Positions 13,254 through 32,520 of a stretch of 64,000 bases of DNA are shown in pieces. A model generated the notes under the pieces. That model worked only from the letters and a program-made list of their open reading frames with translations, did not search any database and was not told where the DNA came from. Positions within the stretch are counted from its first letter, which is position 1, and each line of letters opens with the position of its first letter. The position numbers were made by a program, and so were the translations under genes. This DNA is from the human T2T-CHM13v2.0 reference genome, Homo sapiens: the NCBI RefSeq assembly GCF_009914755.1, contig NC_060931.1, one strand, 5' to 3'.

Positions 13254-14134
13254 ATCTCGTGTGACCTTGTAATGCCCCAGGGCAGGGGAAGGTAGCATGG
13301 GTTGCAGCCAAGGCTGTTCCTGGAAGAGGGTGAGTCTGCTCTTCCACAGGAGCAGCAACGGCCATCTCTCATGATGCCAGAGTGGCCTGCAGTCAGTCGC
13401 AACAGTGTGCATGTTGCAGGAGGGAGACTGCAGGTGCAGACGTGACTGTGAAAGAGATTCACAGTGCACCTGAGTGTGGCTCCTGGGAGCAGAAGAGACG
13501 GGGCTTCCTGCTGAGACCACTGTGTGCCAGAGCAAGGTGGGCACTGGGGGCTTTGCTGAGGCCATGGGTGAAGAGAGAGGAGCTCTACTGCTATGCCCAC
13601 ACTCTGGCCAAGCCCACAGACAGGAGTGTCAGGGGAACTGAGTTTTCCTGGAAAAGCCAATTTGTTTAGGAGCTGGTGAGAATATCAATTCTGTTTTCTT
13701 TTCTTCCAGCGTAGAAGTTTTTTATTTTAATGAAGTCCAATTCATCAGTCCTTTTCCTCCATAGATTGTATTTAATGGAGGAAACTGGTGATTTATCTAA
13801 AAGGTCATCATCAAACTAAACTAGATTTTCTCTTGTGTCATCCTCTAGGAGTTTTATAGTTTTGCATGTTACCTTTAAGTCTATGAACCATTTTGAGTAA
13901 AGGTCTAGATCTAGATTCATTTTTTTTTTTTTGCATGTGGACGTCCATTTATTCCACAACCATTTGTCAAAGAGCCTATCCTTTCTTCATTGTATTGCCT
14001 TCACTCCTTTGTCAAAGACCATTTCACCATATTTGTGTGGGTCTATTTCTGAGCTCTCTATTCTGTTCCATTCATCTGTCTATTCTTTTACCAATAGCAC
14101 TTTCTTAACTACTGTAGCTTTGTAGTAAGTCTTT

Positions 14135-14447
14135 TATTCATTTACTTATTAATTTACTTACTTATTTGAGACACAGTCTCGCTCTGTTGCCCAGGCTGGA
14201 GTGCAGTGGCGCTATCTCGGTGCACTGCAACCTCCACTTCCTAGGTTCAAGCAATTTTTGTGCCTCAGCCTCCCGAGTAGCTGAGATTACAGGCATGTAC
14301 CACCACGCCTGGCTAATTTTTGTATTTTTAGTAGAGATGGGGTTTCACCATGTTGCCAGGCTGGTCTTGAACTCCTTACCTCAAATGATCCACCTACCTC
14401 GGCCTCCCGAAGTGCTGGGATTACAGGCGTGAGCCACTGCGCCTGGC
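14135..14447 (-). mobile_element. Alu (AluS-like) inserted in an old L1 fragment (~13715-14500)
   Basis: TSD TGTAGTAAGTCTTT on both sides; flanks resemble L1M ORF2 3' region. Confidence 0.92.
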
Positions 14448-15149
14448 TGTAGTAAGTCTTTAAGTTGGGCAGTGTCAGTCCTCCAAGTTTGTTTTTCTCT
14501 CAAAAGTCTCAAATCATTGGCCTCAGACTATTGGTGGGTCATGGAATGGGTTTTGCAGGTCTCATGACCAGCATTTTAAAAAATGCAATAGAACAGAATA
14601 AAATATAAAACAGGAGACATTGCACCTAATGATGAAAATATTGCTTTCTGAACCTTTCAATGATGTACAGGAATATGTGTACTGGGTCATAATATAGAAT
14701 GCATTTCTTACTGTAGGTTGTGATCAGACTGCAAAGGCCTCTATCAAGAGATGATCTCATTCTATAAAAATAAAGTGGGTCGAGATTTGTGAAATCTGAA
14801 AGTGAGGATTAATCAATGACTACAAAAAGCTAGACAAGGCAACTCATGGACAACTAGCTATGCCTATGTTTTCTATGTAATTTTAAAAATTACATTGAAA
14901 TGTTCCATAGTCATGTATAGTTTTTCTTCTGTGAATTTCCTGCTTCCGTTTCTCATATGCCTTCTAGCCAGGTAGTGAAAAAGACTCAGCTTTTCAGGGG
15001 GACAGCCTAGTGCAATTTGGAATTAGGTTTCTCTGTTTAATTGGCTTGTCTTTAGTGTGCCAGACCAGTCAAAGAATCCTGCATCAAAATCGAGAGAATG
15101 AACAAGCCTTCATCACCATAGCACATTTATATAAAAAGAAAGGGAAAGA

Positions 15150-22206
<7,057 letters not shown>

Positions 22207-22362
22207 TCTGGCACCCACGTGGGTTTTTTTTTTTTCCTAAATGCATATGGGAACACAATTCCCTTTGGTAGGTGCAGAGAAATGTCATCGGTTCAGTCCA
22301 CAGAAATGCATGTTTGACTCCCTAACAACTGGTGAGTAGTCTGTGTATGGTCCGGGTTAACT

Positions 22363-23350
22363 ATGGGTCACATGGAGTCTAAAAATTATACTTATCTCTT
22401 TTATATTAAACTCCGATTAAAACAAATGAAAAGAGTTTGAGTGCCCATGGAAAATATGGTCACTCTATTCAGGGCAGTGGAAGAATACAGTCCTTGGTTT
22501 CCTGAAAAAGGAACCTTAGATGTAGAACTATGGGATCATGTTGGTTCAACATTCCAGGAAATGGTCTCGGCAGGGAATTATGTTCCCGTCACTGTTTTTG
22601 GTGATTGGGCCTTGGTACGTGCCATATTAATGACATACCAATCCTGTGACCCCCTACAGTTACCACAATTTTCTGAATCTGTTGACCCTCCACCTCTTCC
22701 TCAACCCTCCTCTCCTGCACGGCCTTCGTTATCTGATCAGCCTCTTCCTTCGTCTACTCCTCCCCCACCTGACGATGTTGAGAATTCAATGTCTAACCCC
22801 AGTGAGTTTGGATTGCAGTCAGCGCCTGATGATCTTATTTCTTTTCACAAAGAGCTGGTACTCATAGCTCCTGCGGCCCGGACCCACATATCCTGGGACC
22901 ATAGATATGCTAATTCTTCCCTCTTCAAACCTTTGCAGCATTTGCCTCCGGGCATCACCTAATGGCTCCAGGAAAAAACTAAATTTACCTGTAATTCTGC
23001 AGGCCCTCCCCCATCCACTACAGTCCCTCACCCTCCTGTCATTTCGGTTCCTCAAGTGGTCACTTTGCCATCCACTCAACCTGCTTCCCTGTACCTTTCT
23101 TCTTGTACTCAGCATGGTCCTACTTCTCCTTATGTTAAAATCGTATTACAAACTTTTCGTACGGAGGTCACTTTGCTTCCTTTAGACTGGGACCTTTTGG
23201 CAAAAGCTGTTCTAACCCCATCTCAGCATTTACAATTCCGTACCTGGCGGTCAGCGGAGGCCCATCTGCAGGCTCAGCTAAATTGGACTAATGGCATTCT
23301 AATTACTCAGGCTCAGCTCAAAGGCTCTGATAGTTTCTCTGATACTTATG
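22363..23350 (+). pseudogene. HML-8 gag remnant (MA, partial CA; stops and deletions)
   Basis: MGHMESK start; betaretroviral MA motif SPWFPEKGTLDVELWDHVG; CA motif HGPTSPYVK...LPLDWDLLAKAVLTPSQHLQFRTW. Confidence 0.85.
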
Positions 23351-24473
23351 CCACTGGTCTCACTAACTCTTATTCACCTGACAAGATTAAACTCATCATG
23401 ACTGCCAAGGTTCCTGTTTCCATTCTGGCTGGTGAGTCAATTGCTCAATTGCTTTTACTACCTAATATCATTTTAAACAAAAGAGATAAGACACCTGGCC
23501 CTGGGACGGGCTCCGGCCGTCAAAAGGCCGCTTATTGGATTAATATAATTTCTAAACAACGGCCCACCTGTACCATACACATTCAAGGAAAAAAGTTTGA
23601 GGGCCTAGTAGATACTGGGGCTGATGTTTCTATTATTTCCTCTAGTTTATGGCCTTCCTCCTGGCTTAAACATCCCACTAACATGGGACTAGTAGGTGTT
23701 GGAAAAGCTGAAGAAGTTTATGAGAGCACATTTATCTTGCTTTGCACTGGCCCTGATGGTCAAAAGGGTACAATTCAGCCTTATATCATGCCAATCCCCA
23801 TTAATCTTTGGGGAAGAGAGTTACTGGCACAATGGGGGGCTGAAATTAATATTCCACATAACTCTTACAGTGCTCCCAGTCAGCACATGATGGAAAACAT
23901 GGGGTTTGTTCCTGGACTTGGTATCGGTCCAAAACATGAAGGGATTACTAAATGTCAGGCCTCTGAGCCCAAGCCAAGCCATCGCATCCCCTGTGACTTG
24001 CACGTATACATCCAGATGGCCTGAAGTAACTGACAATCCACAAAAGCAGTAAAAATAGCCTTAACTGATGACATTCCACCACTGTGATTTGTTTCTGCCC
24101 CATCCTAACTGATCAATGTACTTTGTAATCTCCCCCACCCTTAAGAAGGTACTTTGTAATCTCCCCCACCCTTAAGAAGGTTCCTTGTAATTCTCCCCAC
24201 CCTTGAGAATGTACTTTGTGAGATCCACCCCTGCCCACAAAACATTGCTCTTAACTTCACCGCCTATACCAAAACCTGTAAGAACTAATGATAATCCACC
24301 ACCCTTTGCTGACTCTCTTTTCAGACTCAGCCCGCCTGCACCCAGGTGAAGTAAACAGCCATGTTGCTCACACAAAGCCTGTTTGGTGGTCTCTTCACAT
24401 GGACGCGCATGAAACTAAACCCCTCCCAATTATTGTAAAAGAAGACAGAGCTGGTTTAGGTTATCCTTTTTAG
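23351..24473 (+). pseudogene. HML-8 dUTPase C-terminal remnant, protease and G-patch (interrupted by LTR7)
   Basis: GESIAQLLLLP (dUTPase); FEGLVDTGADVSII catalytic motif; NLWGRELL; G-patch MMENMGFVPGLGIG...KEDRAGLGY. Confidence 0.88.
23953..24414 (+). mobile_element. Solo HERV-H LTR (LTR7)
   Basis: Starts TGTCAGGCCTCTGAGCCCAAGC, ends GGACGCGCATGAAA; 5-bp TSD CTAAA (23948-23952 / 24415-24419); three internal CTTTGTAATCTCCCCCACCCTTAAGAAGG-type repeats. Confidence 0.95.
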
Positions 24474-25960
24474 TGGCAGCTGCTGCCATGCCTCCTGATC
24501 CTATTCCTTTGCAATGGAAATCTGACAACCTGTTTGGATAGAGCAGTGGCTGCTTTCTAAAGAAAAACTGGAGGCTTTAACTCACTTGGTTTCTGAACAG
24601 TTACAACTTGGAAATGTGGAACTTTCTCTTTCCCCCTGGAATTCTCCTGTGTTTCTAGTAAAAAAGAAATCAGTTAAGTGGCAGATGGTAACCGATTTAA
24701 GAGCCATTAATGCTGTAATTAAACCTACGGGGGCCATCCAACCTGGCATGGCTGCCCCTGCTTTAATAACTAAAAATTGGCCTCTCATAGTTATTGATCT
24801 TAAAGATTGTTTTTTAAATATTGTTTACTTAAATCGGATTGTGAAAAATTTGCTTTTACTCTACCATCTATCAATAATCAGGAGCCTGCAGCTCGTTATC
24901 AATGGAAAGTACTTCCTCAGGGAATGCTAAATAGCCCTACAATCTGCCAGCTTTATGTTGGGCAAGTACTTTCACCAGTTCGAGCCCAATTTCCCCAGGC
25001 CTGTATTCTTCATTATATTGATGATATTTTCATTGCTGCCCCCACTGATAAATAATTAATTGACTGTTATCAAATTATGAGCCACTGTGTTACAGAGGCT
25101 GGATTACACATCACTCAGGATAAAATTCAACAGGCCACTCCTGTTCAATATTTAGAAATGATGGTCGATAAACAACGTTTTCAACCAGAAAAAATTCAAA
25201 TTAGGAGAGATTCTTTGAAAAGTTTAAATGACTTCCAACAACTTTTGGGTAACATTAATTATTTAAGACCTACTTTAGGCATTCCGACCTATGCGCTGTC
25301 TAACTTGTTTTCTACGCTGTGGGGAGATTCCAATCTCTGCAGTCCCAGGACATTGACCCCTGAGGCTTCACTAGAACTGGAATTTGTAGAGGAAAGAATC
25401 CAGACCGCCCAGTTATCTAGAGTACAGCAATCTCAGCCTTTTCAGCTTCTAGTTTTTGCTTCATTGCTTTCCCCTACTGGGCTAATAGTTAAACATAATG
25501 ACTTAGTAGAGTGGTGTTTTCTTCCTCATTCTGTCGAAAACTTTGTCTGTTTATCTGGACCAAATAGCCATCTTAATTGGACAGGCTTGGTGTAGAATAC
25601 TTAAAATTTACGGATTTGATCTGAATTTAATTGTAGTTCCTTTAAGTCGGCTTGAAGTTCAAGCCACCTTTCAGCATTCCATACTGTGGCAAATTCACTT
25701 GGCTGATTTGACTGGCGTTATTGACAATCATTATCCAAAGAACAAATTGTTTGATTTTATAAAAATGACGTCTTGGGTGGTCCCTTGATTAACCAAAGAT
25801 CAGCCTATTCCTGAGGCCGTTAGAGTGTTCACTGATGGCTCCTGTAATGTAAATGCTGGTTATGTAGGTCCTACAGACAAGCTTCCCCAAACCTTTAAAT
25901 ATTGTCTGATTCTACTTAATGTGGGGAAGAGGATATGCTTGTGTTTCACCAGGAGATCCT
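24474..25960 (+). pseudogene. HML-8 pol remnant (RT with frameshifts; RNase H/integrase largely deleted)
   Basis: [35 protein letters not shown]; VFTDGS (RNase H start) joined within ~100 bp to WGRGYACVSPG (integrase C-terminus). Confidence 0.88.
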
Positions 25961-28093
25961 CAAATGAAAACCACAGGGAAAAGATGTCCGCTTCACAAAC
26001 CACTCCCAGATGTGGTGAGATCTGTGCCAACTCCTCAGAAGCTGGCATGCCAAATCAAAATGGGTCTGATTCAATCCTCCCTGATGGCAATGGAGACCCA
26101 TCTAACTAATCCCACTTCTCCTGATTACCTTTCTTTTTCTCCTTACAAACCTAAAAATCTCACCATTTCTATTAGCCTCAAAATAACATCCCTCTGTTCT
26201 TCTCTTCCTTCTTCAGCACTGAATCTCTCTTATACTAGGTTTTATTTAATGAACTCTCCTCCTTATACTTTCTATCTCACCAGTTTCCTCTCACACTGAT
26301 TTACCTGCTACACAAAATTATTCTTATTGGGCTTATGTACCTTTTCCTCCACTTATTCGACCTCTCACCTGGATGGAAGCTCCTGCAGAAATCTACACTA
26401 ACGATAGTGTGTGGATGCCTGGAGCTACAGATGACCGTTGCCCCACTCAACCAGGAGAAGAAGGCACTGCATTTAATGTTACCATGGGTTATAGATGTCC
26501 CCCTCTGTGCCTCGGACATGCACCTGGTTGTATCCATATAGAAACCCAAGTCTGGGCTGCTTATCTTCTGGAGAGATTAGCTACAGAAAAACCAGGACAT
26601 TTGGTCTCCAGCCTCTCCCTTTCTCCTTTAAAACAAATGAAAGAGGGAGTAATGGGAGATACTCCATACTTTCAATATAAACCTGCAGGAAAGCCATGCC
26701 CTAAAAGTTTTGAGGGCCCATCTAAAACTTTAATTTGGGAAGACTGTCTTAACTCACATGCAGTAATATTAAAAAATAACTCATATGGTTTAGTAATAGA
26801 CTGGGCAACAAAGAGCTATTTAAAACACAATTGCTCCTCTGGCAGAAGGGAATGCCTGGAGGCTATTTATTTTATTTCTTATCAGGAGAATGAGAATCAT
26901 CATTCTACTTTGCATAGGAGGTTCAGCTCGTTCTATCCCTTAAAATGGGAAGATAAAGGCATTACCCCCCCCCCCCACCCTCCCGAGGCCTCATATGATA
27001 TTCCCCATTCTGAGCCCAGAACACCCAGAACTTTGGAAATTGGCTATTGCCACGTCTGGACTGTGAGTATGGGAAGGGGAAACTATTCTGTCTGTTGTCC
27101 CCACTACCCTTCCCCTCTCTCAGTGTCAACGTAGATCCACACATTCTGCTTTACTTATCTCCAACCTGACTGTTCCCATACAGAGTTGTGTTAAGTCTCC
27201 TTACATGCTGTTAGTGGAAAATATCAAAATTTGGATGAACAATCAAACTGTCCAATGTATTAATTGTCATTTATACACTTGTATTAACTCCCATTTTCAC
27301 TCCAGGAAAAGTGTAATGTTGGTTCGAGCTCGAGAAGGAATCTGGATTCTGGTAACTTTGCCCAGACCTTGGGAATCCTCCCCCTCGATACACTGAATTA
27401 ATGAAGTGTTACAGCAAATTCTAAAAAGATCTAAGAGATTTGTTTTCACTTTAATCGCTGTGATCATGGGCCTAATTACAGTCACTGCAATGGCCACCAC
27501 TGCCAGAATGGCGTTACATCAATCTATTCAAACAGCTCATTTTGTTAATGATTGGCAAGCCAATTCCACCTAAATGAGGAATTCTCAACAAGGCTTTGGT
27601 CAAAAATTGGCTAATCAAATTAATGATTTCAGTCTGTTATTTGGCTTGGAGATTGGGTAGTGAGTCTTCAGCATCGCATGCAAATGCAGTGCGATTGGAA
27701 TACCTCTAATTTCTAAATCACCCTGTATTCCTATAATGAGACTGATCATTCATGGGAAATGGTCAAAGGACACCTTCTGGATAGGGAAGATAATTTATCA
27801 TTGGACATAACTAAATTAAAGAAACAAATTTTTGAAGTCTCTCAAGCTCATTTATCCATTGTGCCTGGAGCTGAGGCATTAGATCAGGTGGCAGAAAATC
27901 TTTCTGGACTAAACCCCATAACTTGGATTAAGTCTACTGGGGGCTCCACTGTAGTAAATTTTGGAATTATGTTTCTCTGTTTAATCGGCTTGTCTTTAGT
28001 GTGCCAGACCAGTCAAAGAATCCTGCGTCAAAATCGAGAGAATGAACAAGCCTTCAACACCATGGCACATTTACATATAAAGAAAGGGAGAGA
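25960..28093 (+). pseudogene. HML-8 env remnant
   Basis: SU-like EIYTNDSVWMPG..GYRCPPLCLG; furin site KRSKR followed by fusion peptide [17 protein letters not shown] at ~27424-27490; TM region with stops and frameshifts. Confidence 0.85.
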
Positions 28094-29087
28094 TGTTGTG
28101 GGAAATCAGGGACCCCGAACGGAGGGACCTGCTGAAGCCATGACAGAAGAACATAAATTGGGAAGATTTCATGGACATTTATCACTTCCCCAATCACTAC
28201 TCTTATAATTTCCTATGCCTGTCTTTAATCTCTTAATCCCGTCATCTTTGTAAGCTGAGGATGTATGTCGCCTAAGGACCCTGTGATGATTGCATTAACT
28301 GCACACATTGGTTATAAAGCATCTGTGTTTGAACAATATGAAATCTGGGCACCTTGAAAAAAGAACAGGATAACAGTGATGTTCAGGGAACAAGAGAGAT
28401 AAACATTAGGTCTGACTGCCTGGGAGCCAGGCAGAACAGAGCCATATTTCTCTTATTACCGAAAATGGGTAAGAGAAATATCGCTGAATTCTTTCCCTGG
28501 TAAGGAATATTAATAAGTAACAGCCCTGGGAAAAGAATGCATTCCCAGGGGGGGCCTCTAAAATGGCTGCTCTTGGTGTGTCTGTCTTATGCAGTTGCAG
28601 ATAAGGGATGAAACATGCCCTGGCCTCCTGCAGCGCCCGCAGGCTTGCTAGGATTGGGAAATTCTAGCTTGGTAAATTCTAGTCAGACCAGTACTCTGCT
28701 CTTGAACCCTGTTAAGATGTTTATCAATGACAATGTGTGCACAGCAGGACATGGAACTTCATTAGTAATTCTAGTTTCTCCCTGACCTTGTGATCTCACC
28801 TTGACCTTCTGCCTTGTGATCTTTTATTGCCCTATGAAGCATGTGATCTCTGTGACCCACACCCTTTTTGTACACTCCCTTCCCTTTGAAAATTGCTAAT
28901 AAAAACTTGCTGGTTTTATGGCTCAGGGGGCATCATGGAACCTGCCGACATGTGATGTCTCCCCCAGACACCCAGCTTTAAAAGTTCTCTCTTTTGTACT
29001 CTCTCCCTTTATTTCTCAGACCAGCCGACACTTAGGGAAAATAGAAAAGAACCTATGTTGAAATATTGGGGGCTGGTTCCCCCAATA
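28094..29087 (+). mobile_element. 3' MER11 LTR (uninterrupted)
   Basis: Follows the PPT AAGAAAGGGAGAGA; AATAAA near 28898; ends GGTTCCCCCAATA. Confidence 0.9.
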
Positions 29088-31226
29088 CACCATGACAACA
29101 GAGTCCTCAGTCTGGAGACTCACTGTCCCAGCACTTCCTCAGTCACTTGGATTCCTGATCAAAGACAAAGTGATCCACTTATTACTTTTTAAATTAATTC
29201 AAATCAACCTTCCCATAACCAGGCTGTGATGCATTACAGTTGGAATTCACACTTACCCTCTTGCTTGTGCCTGGCCTGGGAGATGGACAGAGGTGGTATT
29301 GGCAGTCTCATTTTGCAAATGAGCAGAGGGGTGAGTGGAGTCAGGAGACAGAGCTGGAGGGTGTCCTGCCAGGGGTGTTTAGGTTGGCAAGAGGGAGAGG
29401 TGGCGACACACAGTCCCTTTGCTGTTACCTGGCCATAGGTTTAATGTGACTTTGAAGGCCACTATTAGGTTCTGCAAAGGATGATTCAGTGCAGACCTCA
29501 GCTGCAAGGAGAGAGGATGGAGGGTACTGGGAGAAACCCAGCCAGGCCAGTGGGAGACCAGGTGCTGGCCTGGCTTTGCATGAAACAGCTGTGTAAACCT
29601 AGACATGCCAAATCGACCAGCTTCCTTTCCCTTTGGTGAGCAGCAGGTGCTGGTGGGCCTTGGGCAGGGAGTGAGACTGAGACAATGGGGGGCTGCACCG
29701 CCTCCAGCCCTGTGCATCATCTACAGCACCCTGGGGAAAAATGGAGCCTACCAGTGGGTGGTGCTGAGCTGGAAGCTGCCCGTGTCCTGCCTGGGGCCTG
29801 AGTCCTCCATGGGCCTTTTCCAGTGATGCCCACTCTGAGTTCACTGGCACATCCCCTGAGGGCAGCTTTGGGCACTTTAGAATTTAATCGTCAACCTTTC
29901 CGCCCACACTACCAACACCACTACATTTAGAAACTAAAATCTCTGATGGTTTGGGGAGGGATGAAGATGAAGCAAATTCATAAATCATAAGTTACTGGAG
30001 CTCATGGAAAGTTGGAGATGATCTCATTCACCTGTGGTGGTATGTGAGAAAGCACTTTAATTGCCAAGTCAAAGGTTTTTACTCCACAGGCCTGAGGAAG
30101 GCCCAGAGATCTGTGGGTTTGCACAGCCCTCCAGGTGGCTGATGAGCGGGCAGATCAGAGTCTGTTGCTGTGACCAAGTGGCATCCTGTTCCAGCTGTGT
30201 TGAGGATTCCCCAAGTCACGCTGCTATCGTGTGGCAGAGGAAGCCACAGGCCTGACTCCTTGGCATCTGCTAAAATTCCCTTTCCCAGTGGGGGATGCAC
30301 GGAATCACAGGGGAGACCTGGTACAAAGGCACCATTCTGTCCCTTGCTCAACCTACTGAATCAGAATCTCTGGGCCTGAGGCCAGGAATGTGTCTGCACT
30401 GATCATATTGAAGGTACTCATTTTGGAGGGAAAGAACCAGAAAAGCAGGTTTGATATAGCCTGAGGAGTCCCATGTTATAGCCGGCTGAGCTATAAAACC
30501 AGCACTGAAAATGCAGAATGATCCCTGTTTTAAGTGTCATCGCCTAGGACAAAACGGTCTGTCTCTTGAGAAGTCCTGCACAGACAATTCTTAGTCCTGC
30601 AAGAACTAAGAAAAAGGCAGCTGTGTCTTCAGACAAGCACCAGATGAACTTGTTGCTTACATTTCACACTTTATACTTAAACAATAAAACTATACTCCGC
30701 TTTCCAGGGAGATGCTCAAATGACAGTATGCTCACAGTAATGGTGACTAACTTGGGAAATAGAAAATGTACACATTCTACCTCTGGATCACTCCAGGACA
30801 TCTGCTTATTGAGTAGGGTGATACCCACTTGGGATGCCATCATTTTCCTAGGGAGGTTGTGGAGGTGGAGGCTACACAGACACATTTGAGTTTTGTATAC
30901 AGCACACATTTATGACTCGAAGCCGTGGGCATTCAGTTACAATTGGAAAGCAAGCAGAAGTGGGTGGTTGCTCACTGGTTGTGAGGTGAGTGTGTCTTAT
31001 CTGTGGATGAGACAGAGGAGCCACTCAAGTGGAAGGACCCTCAGCCTGGAATCTGGAGTTGGGCTCCACCAATTCAGCGCATCCCCCAGACGCAAAGACC
31101 AGTTCTCACATGACTCCCTCCTCATTCCGATCATCAGTAACCACCTTTGTAATTTAGGCTATCATGGCCGCTCACCTAGGCCGGAATTCTCCAATGGAAC
31201 TTCCCTTGATGATGGACCTGTTCTAG

Positions 31227-31380
31227 ATCAGCACGCTCCAACACAGTAGCCACCAGCCACATGTGGCTACTGATAACTAGAAATGTGGGCTTGTGCAACC
31301 AAGGACTACACTTCTCATTTTACTTTATAATTAAAATTAAAGTTTAAATAGTCCCGTGTGACTAGTATTATATTGGACAG
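31227..31380. mobile_element. MER3/MER33-like hAT relic
   Basis: GTAGCCACCAGCCACATGTGGCTACTG...TATTGGACAG. Confidence 0.65.
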
Positions 31381-31526
31381 AACACACCTATGTAGGCTGC
31401 ATCGTCTCTTCCTGCCTGTGGTCAAATCACCCTCACGTTCATCCACACACACCTTCCAGACGAATCTCCCATGGGACTCAGGCTCACCTCTGTGCTCCCA
31501 ATAGAGATCTCTGCCACAGCTCTCAC

Positions 31527-32520
31527 AGGATCTGTGTGCACATCCGTAAGTATACAGCTACAGCAGAGGGGATCTGTGTCCACATGTGAGTATACAGCTA
31601 CAGCAGAGTGGATCTGTGTATTCAGGTGTGAGTATACAGCTATAGCAGAGTGGATCCTTGTCCACATGTGAGTACACAGCTACAGCAGAGTGGATCCTTG
31701 TCCATGTGTAAGTACACAGCTACAGCAGAGTGGATCCTTGTCCACGTGTGAGTACACAGCTACAGCAGAGTGGATCTGTGTATTCAGGTGTGAGTATACA
31801 GCTACAGCAGAGGGGATCTGTATCCACATGTGAGTATACAGCTACAGCAGAGTGGATCTGTGTCCACATGTGAGTATATAGCTATAGCAGAGTGGATCTG
31901 TGTATCCAGGTGTGAATATACAGCTACAGCAGAGTAGATCCTTGTCCACATGTGAGTATACAGCTACAGCAGAGTGGATCTCTGTATTCAGGTGTGAGTA
32001 TACAGCTACAGCAGGGTGGATCCTTGTCCACGTGTGAGTACACAGCTACGGCAGAGTGGATCTGCACCCACGTGTGAGTACACAGCTATAGCAGAGTGGA
32101 TCTGCACCCACGTGTGAGTACACAGCTACGGCAGAGTGGATCTGCGTCCACGTGTGAGTACACAGCCACGGCAGAGTGGATCTGCGCCCACGTGTGAGTA
32201 CACAGCTACGGCAGAGTGGATCTGTGTCCACGTGTGAGTATACAGCTATGGCAGAGTGGATCCGCTTGCCCACGTGTGAGTACACAGCCACGGCAGAGTG
32301 GATCTGCGTCCACGTGTGAGTATACAGCTACGGCAGAGTGGATCCATTTGCCCACATGTGAATATACAGCTATGGCAGAGTGGATCCGTTTGCCCACGTG
32401 TGAGTATACAGCTACAGCAGAGTGGATCTGTGTACCCAGGTGTGAGTATACAGTTACGGCATAATGGATCCGTGTGCCCAGGTGTGAGTATACAGAGCAG
32501 AGTGGATCTGTGTGCCTACG
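31527..32520. repeat. Minisatellite/VNTR, ~40-41 bp unit, ~25 copies (GTGTGAGTAYACAGCTAYRGCAGAGTGGATCTGTGTCCAC)
   Basis: Directly visible tandem periodicity. Confidence 0.95.

Noticed and set aside
26373-28208. Possible domesticated env (syncytin-like) gene
   Set aside because: Frameshift at the poly-C run (~26966) and multiple stops in SU and TM; no intact env.
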